Notes: generated by a model from the sequence alone, not told the origin. A stretch of DNA of 62,801 nt, filler included, from Rhabdomonas costata (GCA_019059605.1; 31 parts of 31 records of this genome joined end to end with filler, not necessarily neighbours in it); one strand, 5' to 3'; counted from the first letter of the whole stretch, positions 24,889 to 38,273 are shown. Program-made: numbers and translations.

Positions 24889-25724
24889 GTAACCTTGGAG
24901 CTCGTGCGATGCTGGCGGTTCTACCGAGCTTTCCCGCGCTTACCGACCTATGTCTGGCCAAGAATGGGGTTGGTCTGGAGGCTGTCCAGGACTTGGGTAC
25001 GCGCCTTCGCTTTTGCTGCATTCGTCTCTGCTCTGTGTGGGCTGGGACGGCTGATTTTCTGACGCCTCTGGAATCCATACGCATGATTTGACCCCGAAAG
25101 GGGTGCAATGCTGAATCCAGGCAGTTTTATCTTTCGTTTGGCGATTTCAGTGGAGGCAAAGTTTGTGTGTACTTAACACTCTGCTTGCATCTCTCAGCGG
25201 TTTGCACATCGGAGATGGATGCAGAAAAACCGAGTGGGAGAATGGGGTATTGGTGAGTCCAAGAAATTCCAAAGGACCACGCGAATCCCTGCGGCACTGA
25301 AGCAATGCAGAGGAGATTCAATGAGAATAAAAGCGGGTTTCTACGGAAAGATAATTCTCAACCACAAACGGAGTAACTGAAACGGCTCGAAAAAACTCCA
25401 TAAGACAGCCACCACCGGCACGAGGAAACCGCTCGTCGCATACGACCATAGCCACTGTCAGCGGATACCCAAAACCCATTTCCCTGGCACTAGTTTCTTC
25501 TGCTCGCTGGGGGAAGTGGAGGGGGTGGGCGCTCCCTCCGTATGGGCGATCCTGTTTATCATCAGTGCCAAGTTTACTTTTGAAGTGGTCATGTTTAATA
25601 ACGAACTGCCGCTGGGAATGCTGTTCTTCTTACAGCAAAGGTAGCGGCTCAACATCCCGCGCTCACCTCCATTGATCTCACGGGGAACCCCATCGACCGA
25701 GCCGGGGCGAAGATTCTGCTTCAG
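24889..25724 (+). CDS. RNI-like leucine-rich repeat protein, partial; exons 24889-24996 and 25636-25724
   Basis: GNLGARAMLAVLPSFPALTDLCLAKNGVGLEAVQDL|AKVAAQHPALTSIDLTGNPIDRAGAKILLQ gives two LxxLxLxxNxI/V repeats, with a consistent phase-1 junction. Confidence 0.85.
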
Positions 25725-26230
25725 GTCGGCATCCACCCAGCCCTTATTTTTTTCTCATTGCGAGGCAATGCACCCCTTACACGCGGACGTCGAATTTCTG
25801 GGAATGCGGCAAGGGCGTTGGCGGTTGACGAAAGGAGAGTTTTTGATGTTCGCGTTTTTTCTTTCCTGTCCCGTAGTCATTTTTCTTCTTCACTTGCACT
25901 TTTTGAGGCAAAGGACAGGGGTGCGAAACCCCGCATTCAATTTTTGCACTATAATGCCGGGACGCTGTTTGGCGCTGTTTAAATAAGGAACGGCACAGGA
26001 CGAAGGGAGACGAAGGGAGAGGCATTCGAATGTCTGAATTGGTGCGCTTTGAAGCTCTGAATTGAGCTGAACAGAATACTTCGTGGCCATGAGGTCTACA
26101 TACATTTGGGACTCGCGCGGATTGAGCATCCATGATTCTCCTGAAAACCACCTTTTTTTTCCTTAAATGTGTACTCAAATAATGGGGTTCTTTGGAATTG
26201 CACAATTGGGGCTGTTGTGCCACGCAATAT

Positions 26231-26301
<71 letters not shown>

Positions 26302-26302
26302 G
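26231..26302. repeat. (TTG)n microsatellite at contig end
   Basis: About 24 perfect TTG units. Confidence 0.97.
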
Positions 26303-26595
26303 NNNNNNNNNNNNNNNNNNNNNNNNNNNNNNNNNNNNNNNNNNNNTTAATTAATTAANNNNNNNNNNNNNNNNNNNNNNNNNNNNNNNNNNNNNNNNNN
26401 NNGGGGTTGGGGGGGACAAGGTGATTTTTTGCTCAAACGAAATGGGTTGACCTCAGTTTCAGCCGTTGATCTGGTCTTGGTATGAGAGCTCTGCGTGGCA
26501 ACTCGCGTGTGTCTTGCCCATCTTTGCGGTCCTTAGGCGGAGATATTACCAACCGTGTGGTGTAGTTTTTGCCTTCTTCCCTTTCCTTTGTGCAG

Positions 26596-27985
26596 AACGA
26601 CGGCCCGCGGGCCCTGGTGCGGGTGCGAACCCCTGATCCCCGCCAAAACGGGACGTGGATGACGCTTTGGATGGGCAGCGTCTCCGCGGCCGACCCCGCT
26701 GCGTCGATCGTTAGCGCCATTCATATCTGCGGCACCCCCTTCCCTATAGACATCCTTCGCCTGGAGGTGGGCTTGCGTTTTGTGGTAACCTGTGTGTGGC
26801 CCTTTTCTGCTGTGCTTGGAAGGCTGCCCTAGGGAGCATTGGCCCTTTATTTTGCTGCTATTCCAGCGGTGTTATCATCAACTGAGACTTTGTTCTACAG
26901 GCAGAGTTGAACTGTGCCTTGTAAGGCCAACAAAATGGCACATAAGCGCGCAAGGGAACTGGGGTCCCCATTGTGAATATCACTTGGCCTGACAGTTTAC
27001 CTCTTTGGGGTGAGATCAGATTAGATTTGTACAATGCACTCTTTGTGCTTGCTGCGGCTGACTTGGTTTGGCTTCCCTGGGGCCCCAGTTCGACCTCAGC
27101 GTGTACCAGACTTACTCCGAGGTGGCTGGAATCATGCTGATCGGGACCTACGACGCCCCCTCAGGGCAGATCGGCCCCCCGTACCTGCTCGAGTACCACC
27201 CCCCTGAGCTGGGCTGGGGCCTCGACGGCTTCCGCTTCACTCTAACAGACTGCCCTGGGGACTACACCAGGTTCTCGAGCGCCCCCATCCCCCGGTTTTG
27301 TCCACAAGGTCCTCTGTCAGCTGCACTTCAGCACAGGCCGCGACATTCTTTGTCCGCTTATGTTCCCCTGACCCCCGCCGCAACAGGTCAGCCTACCTGG
27401 CAGCTGGTCAGCGTGTCTTTTCCCTGCTCACCTGCCTTCCTTTTGCAGACTTTTCGAGAAATTTGAAAACATGAAAAAAGGGAGCTACTCATAGGACTTC
27501 CCCATTTTGAGGTTCAGGTGAATCCGACTCGCCCTTCACCTCTCGTTTGGCCGACTGTGTCTGCATTTGGGCGTGGGGTGAGTGGTGAGTGAGGTGTACC
27601 TCTGAGCTGCGTGGAGTCATGCCTCGCTATTCCTCCCATTCCCTTCCCCAGAATGTCGGATGACTTCTACTACAACTTCAGCATCACCCATGTCAACCAC
27701 CCCCCCTCGTGGGTGCCCTTCGCCACCACCAGCGTAACGGAGTCTGCCCCCACAGCGCTGTTCCTTAACGGCACGGACGTGGACCTTCCGGCCTCTCCCA
27801 CCACCCTGACCTGGATTTTGCGGGTTGTCCCCACCGCCGGCACCCTCAGCCTGTCTCCCTCTGGCTCCCCAGTGCTGGGGGTGAGCTCGAATTGGGTTTT
27901 GGGCAGTGCGCTGTACTACCAGCCCACCTTCACGACCTCTTCGGCTTACCTGGGCTGTGGGCCTCGGTTTGCGGACTCCTTCCAG
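26596..27985 (+). CDS. Extracellular protein with a discoidin/pappalysin-like beta-sandwich plus cadherin-like (Big_9-type) repeats; exons 26596-26766, 27089-27270, 27652-27985
   Basis: WMTLWMG...ICGTPFPIDILRLE|FD...EVAGIMLIG, then YHPP...GLDGFRFTLTD and ITHVNHPP...LNGTDVD...PTAGTL...YYQP...DSF. All junctions are in frame; clear paralog of 45264-46583. Confidence 0.75.
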
Positions 27986-28902
27986 GTCTCATCCTTCTTT
28001 GCAGTCTATTGTAACGCACACTGTGCCTATGCACTTATTGCCTTGTGGTGGATGTGGTTCCAGCCTTCCAACAGTGAAAGGCCTCATACCGCAAAAAGAA
28101 ACGTCTTCAGTGAAACATTAAACCTGCACAGTGAAGCATGAAGCAAGGGCGAGATTTTACTGCCGGTTTCCGTTTCTTGGTCCGCGCGCAAGACGATAGT
28201 AAATTACACGTGTACAATTGCAGGTCAATCCCACCTCATCCATCATCCACTTCACCTTCCGATCCCCCCCCCCAGCGGGAAAGGAAAACAAATCCCCGTC
28301 CACAGGCGCTCTACACTCCACCACAACCCCNNNNNNNNNNNNNNNNNNNNNNNNNNNNNNNNNNNNNNNNNNNNTTAATTAATTAANNNNNNNNNNNNNN
28401 NNNNNNNNNNNNNNNNNNNNNNNNNNNNNNTATTCCTGCTTTTTTACCTCAACGAAGCCCTTTACGGCGGCTTGTAACGGTTTCTGCAAACTTGTCGATG
28501 AGAAAGGTCATCCGGGGGTGTCATCTCAACCTACTCTTAAGAGACTCTTGGTTGTCGGGATCGCCAAAGAGGAGGGAGAAACGTCTCACCTCACAGGGCA
28601 TGGTTCAAGCAGGCCGCCGAGCGGCCAAGAAATGGGAGGGAACGTGGCGGTGCTAGAAAGTTGTCGGAGTTGTAGGAAAGCCGAAAACGTGAGAAAGCGG
28701 AACAATTCCTTCCTCCCTCCGAAAAAAACTCAGGAACGCAGCGAACGCTGTACGGGACACACGGAGAAACGGTGGGTCGTCCAGAAAAAATTTCGAAGGA
28801 GGCTGTGTTTTTCAGGTTTCAATATGTTCGTCAGTTGGAACTGCAAATTTTGCTCTGAATGTTTCCACTTTCGCAGGGTTGTTTTTTTGTTTTTGTTTCA
28901 TC

Positions 28903-30081
28903 ATGATTGTGAACAGCTGGCAAAAAGTCGACAGTTTCGGAGAGCCCTCTGTTTCTCGCAATAAGCATGCCGCGGCTGTGTACCAGTCGAAACTGTTCGT
29001 CGTTGGCGGTTATTCGCTTCAGAGACGCGAATTCCTCAATGACGTTCTAGCGTTTGACTTTTCCACAAAGGTCAAAATGCTGTTGCTTTTCTGTTCCAAA
29101 TGAGCCGCCCCCCCACCCCCGTGCTACCTTTCGGTTGCCGACCTGCGGCGAATTTTTTCTGCCTTCAGTCGGAGGATTTGGAATTGATTGAAACACTGTT
29201 ATGTGCATAATAGGGCCTGTGAACTTTTGACTTGACAGCATGACCCACGCCTATTTCCTTGCCCTGTTAAATGGGCGGGTTCAGATCACGAGGGGAGGGT
29301 ACATATTCATATACCCTCTCTTGCATTTGAACTCGGACACGTGTGCGTTCTCTGTCGACGATGTTGTGACCTGGGCGATTCAATGGCTGGGCAGTTGCCT
29401 CATCGGACTTGCGCACTTGCGCTTAGGATTGGAAAGCAGCAGAACAAACAGCGCGCTACTAGCAGCACTACTCGACTTAGTAACAGTGGACTGTCGCATT
29501 CGAGCTCTTCTTCTTGTTGTTAATTGTCAATGCACCTCTAGGTTTGGGAGACGCTGCTGTGCTCCGGAACACCTCCAAGCAAGCGCCGGGCCCACAGCTG
29601 CATTGTGGCAGGGCACTTTCTGGTGGTTTTTGGGGGCTACAACGGCGAGCAGTGCCTGAACGACACCTTCACCCTTGACCTGCGCACCCTGGAGTGGAAG
29701 GCCCGCCCCTGTGTGGGGCAAGTCCCTCCTCGCCGGGGAGGCCACACCGCGGTGCTTTGGCAGGGCGACAAGATGGTTATCCATGGAGGTTGGGATGTGG
29801 GCAGCTTGTACTTCGACACCACGTTCGTCCTGCACATGGGCATTGACCGGGACGGCAACGACAGCGAGGTCCCGTGGCGGTGGGAAGCGCTTCCTACCCG
29901 TGCTGCGGAACCCCCGCAGCTTGGGATTACCCCCATCGGTCGAGTGGGGCATGCCGCAATGCTTCTCGAGGAGCGTTTCATGGTCATCTTCGGAGGCTAT
30001 GGGGCAGAGGGGTATTATGGCGACTTCGCGACGCTGGATTTGAAGACAGGGGCTTGGTCGTGTTTTGAGGTGGAAGGACAG
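28903..30081 (+). CDS. Kelch-repeat (galactose-oxidase-type beta-propeller) protein, 5' part; exons 28903-29070 and 29542-30081
   Basis: Four repeats of R-x2-H...hhhhGGY/W...D...W (RNKH..VVGGY; RRAH..VFGGY; RGGH..IHGGW; RVGH..IFGGY); phase-0 GT-AG intron. Confidence 0.93.
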
Positions 30082-30840
30082 GTTTTGTTACTGTTGCGCC
30101 TCTGTACATTCTGCGTCTTTCCTCTCCCTTGCTTCGTTTCAGCATTAGACACACTGTGTAGTGCTGAACTGCAGCCGTTGCATCCTTTTTCTTGCCGCCG
30201 TGTCATCCAGGGAAAACACTCACAGTGACATACTTGTGGTGGCCTTTCATAAGGTTGTGTTTTTTTGTGCTCGAACAACAGATAAAGAACGTAAAAAAGA
30301 ACGTAACAAGAATGTAAACAAACTGGCAACAAGTCACCGAAAAGCGTGTTTTATGCGCNNNNNNNNNNNNNNNNNNNNNNNNNNNNNNNNNNNNNNNNNN
30401 NNTTAATTAATTAANNNNNNNNNNNNNNNNNNNNNNNNNNNNNNNNNNNNNNNNNNNNGGGTGGTTGGTATCATCAAGAAGTAGGAGCACATGGAAGCCC
30501 ACCACATCAGGAAAATAGCAGGCAGTCCTTGCCGAAAAGGCAAAACACCGACGTAACCAAGGCAAGAGCGGAATGAATGGAGTCCACCATAAAACCCCAA
30601 TGGGAGGCAGAGTCCTGAATATTCCGAGAATTAACACAAAGAATGGCGGTGGTTACACGACAGCTGACTTGCGAGAGGGGCACTGGATAAAATATTGCAC
30701 AGGAAAAGGTGCCGTAAAAACAAGGAGGTGTTGCAAGCGTGACATTAGGTACACACAGAAATAGTTCATCAGCGCCAGCAGCATTTTGTCAAGCAAAAAC
30801 GTGGCAGCCATGTGAGCGCATCAAGAGAAGAGGCGAACAC

Positions 30841-31268
30841 CTGTCCACTAGCGGGGCCCACAGCAGCTTCACACTAAAAGGCCACCGGACCAGCGAGAAC
30901 ACCGCCTGCTGCTTGAAGGAAACCCCTCGCTCCTAAATTTCAGCGAAGAAAGCACTGCGGAGCCAGAAGCCTGAGACTATTAAGCAGATGCGAACACGCA
31001 TACACACAAACACACACACGACACGAAAGAACCCGAACCCTTCCACCTGAAGCACGAAGGGGATGCATTCTGCAAATCCCAGAGGCACGCCCTGCAGAGT
31101 GTACAGCAGCAGCAAAAGCACTATGGCCCGACACTCGGAGCCATGTGAGCCCTCGACTTCCACTGTGGTGGGGGGACAGGTCGAACTTTGGTAGGAAAGC
31201 GGTACGTTCCCTGCACTGGGAGGCTCGTGGACAAGACTGGCGCCTCGCTGCACCAAGCAGCTTTTCAT
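30841..31268 (-). CDS. SLC33A1: Acetyl-CoA transporter (SLC33A1/AmpG-like MFS), 5' part; exons 31268-31047 and 30932-30841
   Basis: IVLLLLLYTLQGVPLG...IPFVLQ|ERGVSFKQQAVFSLVRWPFSVKLLWAPLVD matches the family signatures LYxLQGIPLG and WPFSLKLLWAPxVD. Confidence 0.9.
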
Positions 31269-33225
31269 GATACCAAAAGCAAGAAATCAGGTCTTCTACA
31301 CCAGGGCCCTACTCAGAGTTCGGGCCAAAGTTGAGAGGTTTCCATCCAGAAAAGGTTTGAATCACTGCATTACTGTGAAAAAGACGGGGAGATAATCGCT
31401 CACCAACCAACCAAGCAAATTTCTAATTGTTAGCAACACATACAGGGCCGTCACATCTTCCAGGAAAAGAGTGAGTGAGCGGATGAGGATGCCCGCAACC
31501 TACATCGTGAGCTGCGGAACAATGATGTGGGGTGGAATACATTTTTGTCAACTCCCTCCGTTTTTTCCGCACACTTTCTCCCTCCCTCGTTTGTTCCCCA
31601 CCAGTTCTGGTTCTTGCCCTCTCCTTCCCCTTTCACAAGCCCTCTTCTCATGCCTATCTCCCTGTAGCTCAACGGGCTTGGTGTTTTATGTTGAAAATTG
31701 TTTTGTCATGCCAAAACCGTACAATCCTGAGCGACTTTATTATCAACCGAACCGTCTTCTGCCAACAGAGGATGAAAAGGTTAATTACTGGGGTATTTCT
31801 GACAAGTGCATGCTGCAACCGCTCCCGTTGCCCCTGCAGTGCGCAAGCAAAAAGACCCAACAACAGCAAAACCAGCAAAACTTAAATACGGCGGCTAAAA
31901 GCCTACAAGCCTAAGAGCTTGCTCCAACTTCCCCGATGGTGCACCCGTCGCGCCCAGGGCAACGCACGACATTCTCCATGATCCAAAGCATGCGCACTGT
32001 AAATTACCGTGGACAAAATGAGAATCCAACAAAAGTGCTCCCGCAGCAGCGATCAAGGCGGCCAGGGGTGAAGCAGTTCATAAAGCGTGGGAAACGAAGA
32101 AGAATTGCGCAAACCCCATCCTCCAGAAGAAGTGACAAGTTGCCTCTTCCCTTGAATCAGACCTACGAGAAGTACTTCAAGCATGGCAGCGAAGGTATGA
32201 GCAGAATTAAAAGTGGGCACCGAAAAGACACAAGTCCAGAAGGGCGGTTGCAGCAGTTCGGGAGAACTTCATGACACGAGTTTTGCAGATCGCAGTTACC
32301 ACAGCAGGCGGGCCAATACAGCAGCAGCCACCCCCAACCCAAGCATCCACACCCCAACCAAGGGCAGGGGCATGACCCCCAAAACCNNNNNNNNNNNNNN
32401 NNNNNNNNNNNNNNNNNNNNNNNNNNNNNNTTAATTAATTAANNNNNNNNNNNNNNNNNNNNNNNNNNNNNNNNNNNNNNNNNNNNGGAGAACGAGCGAA
32501 GTACTTGTGCACGTCATTGCAACAACTCCCGTGCACATACAGATGCACCAACTTTCGTGTTGGGGGTTTTTGTAAAGTGGTTTGTGTGGGGAATGTGGGG
32601 TTACCAGGTTTGCACTTTTTGTTCTCGAGGTTCAGGGCGATGTACACTTCCCCGATTTTTGAATATAATTTTTTGCAGGGGGTTAGGTTGAGACTCAGGT
32701 GTTTACCTGGAATTTAATAAAAGCGTTTGCAGGGGAGTTAATTGGCGAAGCATGGTTCCAATGATTGAAGCAGTCAATTCCAAGATCCTTGATATTCAAC
32801 CCTCGGCTATTTAATCTTTTTTAAATTGACAGGTATCAGATTACCCCCGCCCGTCCCCATGCACACATACTTAGTATTTTACAAGAGCCCGTGAAATAGT
32901 GCGGGGTGTGGTGTGAAGTCCTGCTGCGGTCGCTTTCTGTCCTTTGTTTGGTCCCTTTTTGAGGACCTCTGTATCTTTTTTGCTGTGTCGCCTGAGAGGC
33001 TTTTTCTGTTGTCAGTGTGCTTTTCGGCGCCTGTGCATCCCCTTCCCCATCCCGTGTACTTTCTCCTTTCACGGTATCACGAACTGTCGTGGATACGTTC
33101 AGCAGCTCATTCCTTGGGAAAGAAGTACGTCGAACCCCTCATACGGTGACGGCAGCAGTTAATTTGCAACGAGAAAGTTTGTAGAGTTCGCGGCTTTCTG
33201 CATCAGGCAAACCGTGACGCAGGAG

Positions 33226-33454
33226 GGTACATTTTGGGCATCCCCTTTACAGTGCATTTTACGGACCTAGCAGGGTGAATTCCTGGTCCTCGCATGGGTG
33301 GCGATGCACGGGTGCCTTAGGACAAGATAGGATATGTCACAAGGGGTGAGGGAGCGATGCCGGTGCCCCTACCGGCAAAGTTGCCCGCAATGCATCCAAA
33401 TGTTGGGTCCATAAAATGCACCATAAATGGGGGGCGGGGTCCCCAAAATGCACC
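33226..33454. mobile_element. Possible short MITE with nested inverted repeats
   Basis: Outer GGTACATTTTGGG (33226-33238) vs the reverse complement of 33442-33454 (12/13); inner GTGCATTTTACGGACC (33252-33267) vs the reverse complement of 33406-33421 (15/16). No clear TSD. Confidence 0.45.
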
Positions 33455-33614
33455 ACTGTCTGTTTCGTAAGACTAATCGCGAACAAGGATGACAGCGCCC
33501 CCTTTTGGGGGATGACGAGCCTGCCTCCGCCCCACGGATTTTCTCCTGCAGTTCATTCGCTGACGCGCTTTTGGGATTTTGCCTAACAACCTATAACAGC
33601 AATTTCTCTCCAAT

Positions 33615-33940
33615 ATGGCCGCCACCGTGGTGCTCCTGTATTTCTTCTTGCTGTGCTTACTGCAGCAGTCCATAGTGGCAGCGTCGGAAGCCCAGGCCAA
33701 CAATACCTCTTTCGGCATGGTTGCTACTGAGGCTCATAGCTCGCCCCCTAACCACTCCTTCGCAGCTGAAAACGCCACTACAACCACAGCAACAACAATC
33801 TGTGAGTACGTCGCTGCGGGGTCGGCTTCTCCGGCGGCGGCTGCTGGGAACCTCAGCAGCTCGCTTCCCCGGTGCTGTTTGGGAGCCTACCCCGCCTTCC
33901 AGGCCTTCTTGGTGCGGCATCTGGACCCCCACCCCGTGCG
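33615..33940 (+). CDS. First exon of a secreted/surface glycoprotein (3' border uncertain)
   Basis: MAATVVLLYFFLLCLLQQSIVAA signal-peptide-like start, several N-x-S/T sequons, and a Thr/Ala-rich stretch. Confidence 0.55.
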
Positions 33941-34571
33941 GTGCGTTATTCTGTCCGCGGCGGCGGAATCCCAGGGCCTATCCTCGCCTTCGCAGCCAGT
34001 GGCGGGTTCAGACCTGGATGGGTTTAGGTTAACCCGGCACTCAGCATGCCACGTTAGCGGCCAAAGCGGCCAGCTCTAGAGCAGAAAATGGTTGCTCCAC
34101 CAATGGTAACCGATAATGTCTAGCCATTGAGAGTTAGATAAACTTGACCAGTTTAGCGTGGATGCGTTTAATTTGGCTTAAAGGGCACAAGTGAGGCTCG
34201 CAGCACACTTAGACGATTCTGTCGTTTGTATTGACGGATGCGCGAGACAGCTATGGCGTCAGAAGCAAGTACCACGGCCTGCAGCCCGCGGCCTGACATT
34301 GTGTACGAGCACCCTGGAAAAAGCATCACAATTGGTAATCATCTTCATCTCTTTCTTTCAGCTTGCGACACGACACCACTAACCCGACAAAAGCACGAGC
34401 ACCCCACCCACACANNNNNNNNNNNNNNNNNNNNNNNNNNNNNNNNNNNNNNNNNNNNTTAATTAATTAANNNNNNNNNNNNNNNNNNNNNNNNNNNNNN
34501 NNNNNNNNNNNNNNTTTTTTTTTTGCAAATTTAACTTTTTCGAAAATTTTGGTGTGAGGTGTAGCCGCATT

Positions 34572-34572
34572 T

Positions 34573-34636
<64 letters not shown>
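34572..34636. repeat. (TTTC)n microsatellite in kinesin intron 1
   Basis: About 16 tetranucleotide units. Confidence 0.95.
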
Positions 34637-34749
34637 TTTTTGCGATTTTCCCTCACGGCCTTTGCAGTTTTTTGTTTTGAAAAAGGGAAAACGATTCCGT
34701 CGCAAATTCGCTTCCAGGGATGGATAGATGCGCGTGCGCGCACACACAC

Positions 34750-34818
34750 CAACTCAGGCTGGCTGAAGCACCGCATTCGAACCGCGACCTTGACATTCTC
34801 CTCCTCGGCCTGAGACAT
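34750..34818 (-). CDS. First exon of a kinesin motor protein
   Basis: MSQAEEENVKVAVRMRCFSQPEL followed by a GTGTGT donor; matches the kinesin N-terminal motif ENVKVAVRxRP(F/L)xxxE. Confidence 0.75.
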
Positions 34819-36735
34819 TCGGGCTCGGGGATGGAGGCAGCAGCAGCCACAGTTGTGTGGGAGGGTCTCAGCAAGAGCTGTGCCGCGACCGATGGAGACT
34901 AGCCGAACGGGAAGGAAGAAAGAAAAATCAGAAAAACCAGAAAATAAAAAAGCACCTGAATCAGAAACAGGATATAATATATCGATGAGAAAACGCGTGG
35001 GGTTGAAGTCATTCGGAGGTTGGGGGCTTCGGTGGACGAGTGGGACGGGTTAAGTACGATATCAACGGCATGCCCGCACGAACGAGGTGCCAAAGTAGCA
35101 GCGGCACATCGCAGAGGGCTGGATGCACACAGGTGGACGGGTTAATTCAGGGACGGAGACCAGTGCCGCTGCACGAGCGGGCAGGTTAGGCAGACAAATT
35201 GCCTGAGGATAGCTTGCTCGTAAACCAACCAACCCCTCTCCCAAATGCAATAGCCCTGAGCTGTTTGCCAGTGAAGTGGTAAGGGATGTTCTCGAGAAGC
35301 TGGGACGGAAACGGTGCGGCAAGGCAGTACACAGGCCATCTCATATTTCCAGGGACCAGGGTGTCTGCACAGGGCACACCACATGGAAATACAGCGAGAA
35401 CAGAAGCAGACAAGCAAACAACACACAAAGCGACATGCCATGGCTCGCATGGAAAGAGGCAAGAAAGAAGGGCCAGAAGCAGAGCGGGGTGGGGCCGTTC
35501 CTTCGTCGTTCCCTCCCGACCCGCGAGCGAATGCAAGGAACATCGGAGAGGGGGTCACGGAACCGAAAAGGACCCGTGGTGGCGGCTCTGCTGCATCAGG
35601 ACTCGAACAGGGCAAGAAAAACAGAGGACGAGAGTGCCAGAGTCGAAGTGTGGCGCCTCTCTGCGAATGGTAAAAAAATGATCGCCTAGCCTCGGTTCCC
35701 TTTTCAAACAGCTAGCAAAAGATCAACGCCAGAAGCCACGCTGAAGGCCGTTTAGCGGAGCTATTGTGTCCAAGCAATTGCTGTGCAAACTGTTGCGACT
35801 GTATTGCACCTTACGCTATTACAGCGAATGTGCTGCCTTCAAACACGTATGTAGTTTCATTTCTTGCGTTTAAAATCCGCTAAATGGCGGCGCTGCCAGC
35901 ACTAACGAGCCACTGATTCAAGCACACATGAACACTTTCATGAGAAAGCTTTGAAATGTACTTTTTGTGCTTGCAGACTTTTCGCTTTGGGCGATTTTCA
36001 ATTTTCAATTTCTTCGGCTTCATCGGCATGGAAACTCGTGTGGAACCGAGGCGAGAAGAGGAGGAAAATAGTGGATGGTGGACAGAAAAGGGGCACAAAG
36101 AAGAAAAGTTATGCCGGACCCACACCAGGCGCGGCGGGTGTGGGGCAGCGAGGGAACTGGCGGGATGGATGGAGGGAGGGAGGGAGGCAGGCGTATTGGA
36201 TACAAAGCAGTCCCTCTGCCAAGCCCGAAGAACAGGGCAAAGCGAGCAACCCCTTCCCCATACCTGGGGAAACACTGGCACCCCCAAAGGGAAGAGACGA
36301 GGGAAAGACACGACACCACCTTGGACATGCACACACATAACCGAACAGGTGTGCCCCACACTGACATTCCGCGAGGACAGGCATGAAAAAAAAAGAAGAA
36401 AGCGACCCTGCATTGCACCCCCTGCCTCCCTTAACCACCCCCNNNNNNNNNNNNNNNNNNNNNNNNNNNNNNNNNNNNNNNNNNNNTTAATTAATTAANN
36501 NNNNNNNNNNNNNNNNNNNNNNNNNNNNNNNNNNNNNNNNNNCCTAAGCCTTTGGGTTGCACAGGTCCGGGTCGTTGTGTGTGCTGGCTCGCCAGATCTC
36601 CTCTGCACTCCCTCCTTTCTGGCCCGATCGATGTTGAGGGGGGGCGAGAGAGTTTGATGCGTTATCCCTTCTTCCCAGCACTATCATCTCTTTCGTCTCT
36701 GTTATGGTGGGTGTGTGGCTTGGCTTGGTTCTCAG

Positions 36736-38273
36736 GTGGCCAAACTGAACGATTCCCAGAACTGCAGCCCGAAGAACTGCGACGGGGCCATCATCTTTGC
36801 TGCCACCGCCGTAGTACAGGCCGCTTTGGCAAGCAAAAGTGCTGTTCTCGGGCTTATGCCCCCTCCCTCCTCCCAAACGCTATCATTTCCACGTTTTTTC
36901 GATCAATGGCAATGGCCCGGGCTCGCCTTTGCTTGCTGTTCCCCTGTTTTCCTGATGCTGCGTTTGCATTTCAGACCAAAGTGATGCGGCCGGATCCAAC
37001 GATCCCTCGATCACCGCGGCACGGCAGCAGGCAAAGGTCTTTTCCACTCCGGCTTTATGCGCTTTGCTTCTTTCATTTCTTAACGGTTCAGCGTGGCACA
37101 CTTACCTTGATGGATCCTGGCAGAAGCGACAATGGGCTTCCAGGCTTTGTGTTACCGAGTGTGCTCCTCCTCTTTTCTCTTTCAGGTGCTTGCTATCAAT
37201 GCTCTGCAAAACCTTCTGAACAGCTCGAACTTCTTCCCTATGACGACCAACGAGGCCAACGCTGCCGTGCAGGTCTCCCATCCCGTTTCTCAAAGCCGCT
37301 TTTTGTTCGGTTTGAATATTTTGCGTGCTCTTTCAGTTCTTCCCAATTCGACCACTCAGCTTATTGCAATGATGACGGTCAGCCTGGATGACATGCCCGC
37401 GGGCTACAATGCCACTCAGGGGGTTTGCTTCCTCCCCTTCCCAGCGCAACCTTCTTTTTTTTGGTCAACAGATCGCATTCTGTTTCGTTTTCATTGCGCT
37501 GCCTGACCACTTTTGTAGCCCTCGTCACCGGTATATGTTCATCTGAATCCTCCTTACCTTGACTCTGCGTTGGCTGTTCGCACAGAGCCCAAGGTTGTGG
37601 TGAGAGCAAGAAAATAGAGCCACGTGAAATGGAATGGAAATTGGTGCCCAAACTTTTCGCCTTTACAGAATTTGCCCCCCCCCGGACCCTGGACCTGCCC
37701 TAACCTCCCGGACGGGCAATTCACTGAAAGGGACACGCTTCACGTCACTGCAGCAACAAAGTTCCGCACGGGTTCAAAAACATAAGTGAGAAACAAACAA
37801 AGGAAGAGATGACTGAAAGCAGGTAACTTCGGAGAGTCATCTCCGGTGTGCAGGATCGGCCAGCACGAACACTGGCATGAGAACAAAGGGCACAAATTTA
37901 CTCTAGAGAGAGAAGGTGGGGTGACAAATAAAATTACAGAGGGAAAGAAGGAACGCGAAGGCGGCAGCAGAACGGACACGGAGACCCGAGGGCAAGGCGG
38001 CCCAACTGGGGGGCATGGCGAGTTGGGCCGAAAGGTTTCCTCAAAAAGGGACATGCTTCACTGCGCCGAGAATGCGATTGAATTAATCAGCCAACGTCTC
38101 AGCAGAACTTCCCGACAGAGATTCAAGGTCGCACGATGCATGCTATGCGCGAGATTACTGTTATGGACTATCTTTTCCTGACGCAGATCCTTGCCTGCGC
38201 CTTGGCTCTGTCGGGCACTCTTCCTGGGACCACCCCTTCCATCACGGGCAAGCTCGTGCTGACACCGGCCCAG
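36736..38273 (+). CDS. Multi-exon fragment of an unidentified, probably extracellular protein
   Basis: Short AG-preceded coding-like segments: VAKLNDSQNCSPKNCDGAIIF..., VLAINALQNLLNSSNFFPMTTNEANAAVQ, VLPNSTTQLIAMMTVSLDDMPAGYNATQG, ILACALALSGTLPGTTPSITGKLVLTPAQ. Borders approximate. Confidence 0.45.

Noticed and set aside
26167-26358. Poly-Val and poly-Cys ORFs, and similar HTHT, CVCV and KKER ORFs elsewhere
   Set aside because: These are translations of microsatellites running into the N spacer.
36552-37391. 279-aa ORF and many other long ORFs in the supplied track
   Set aside because: They read through introns or lie antisense or off-frame to real exons and have no recognisable motifs.
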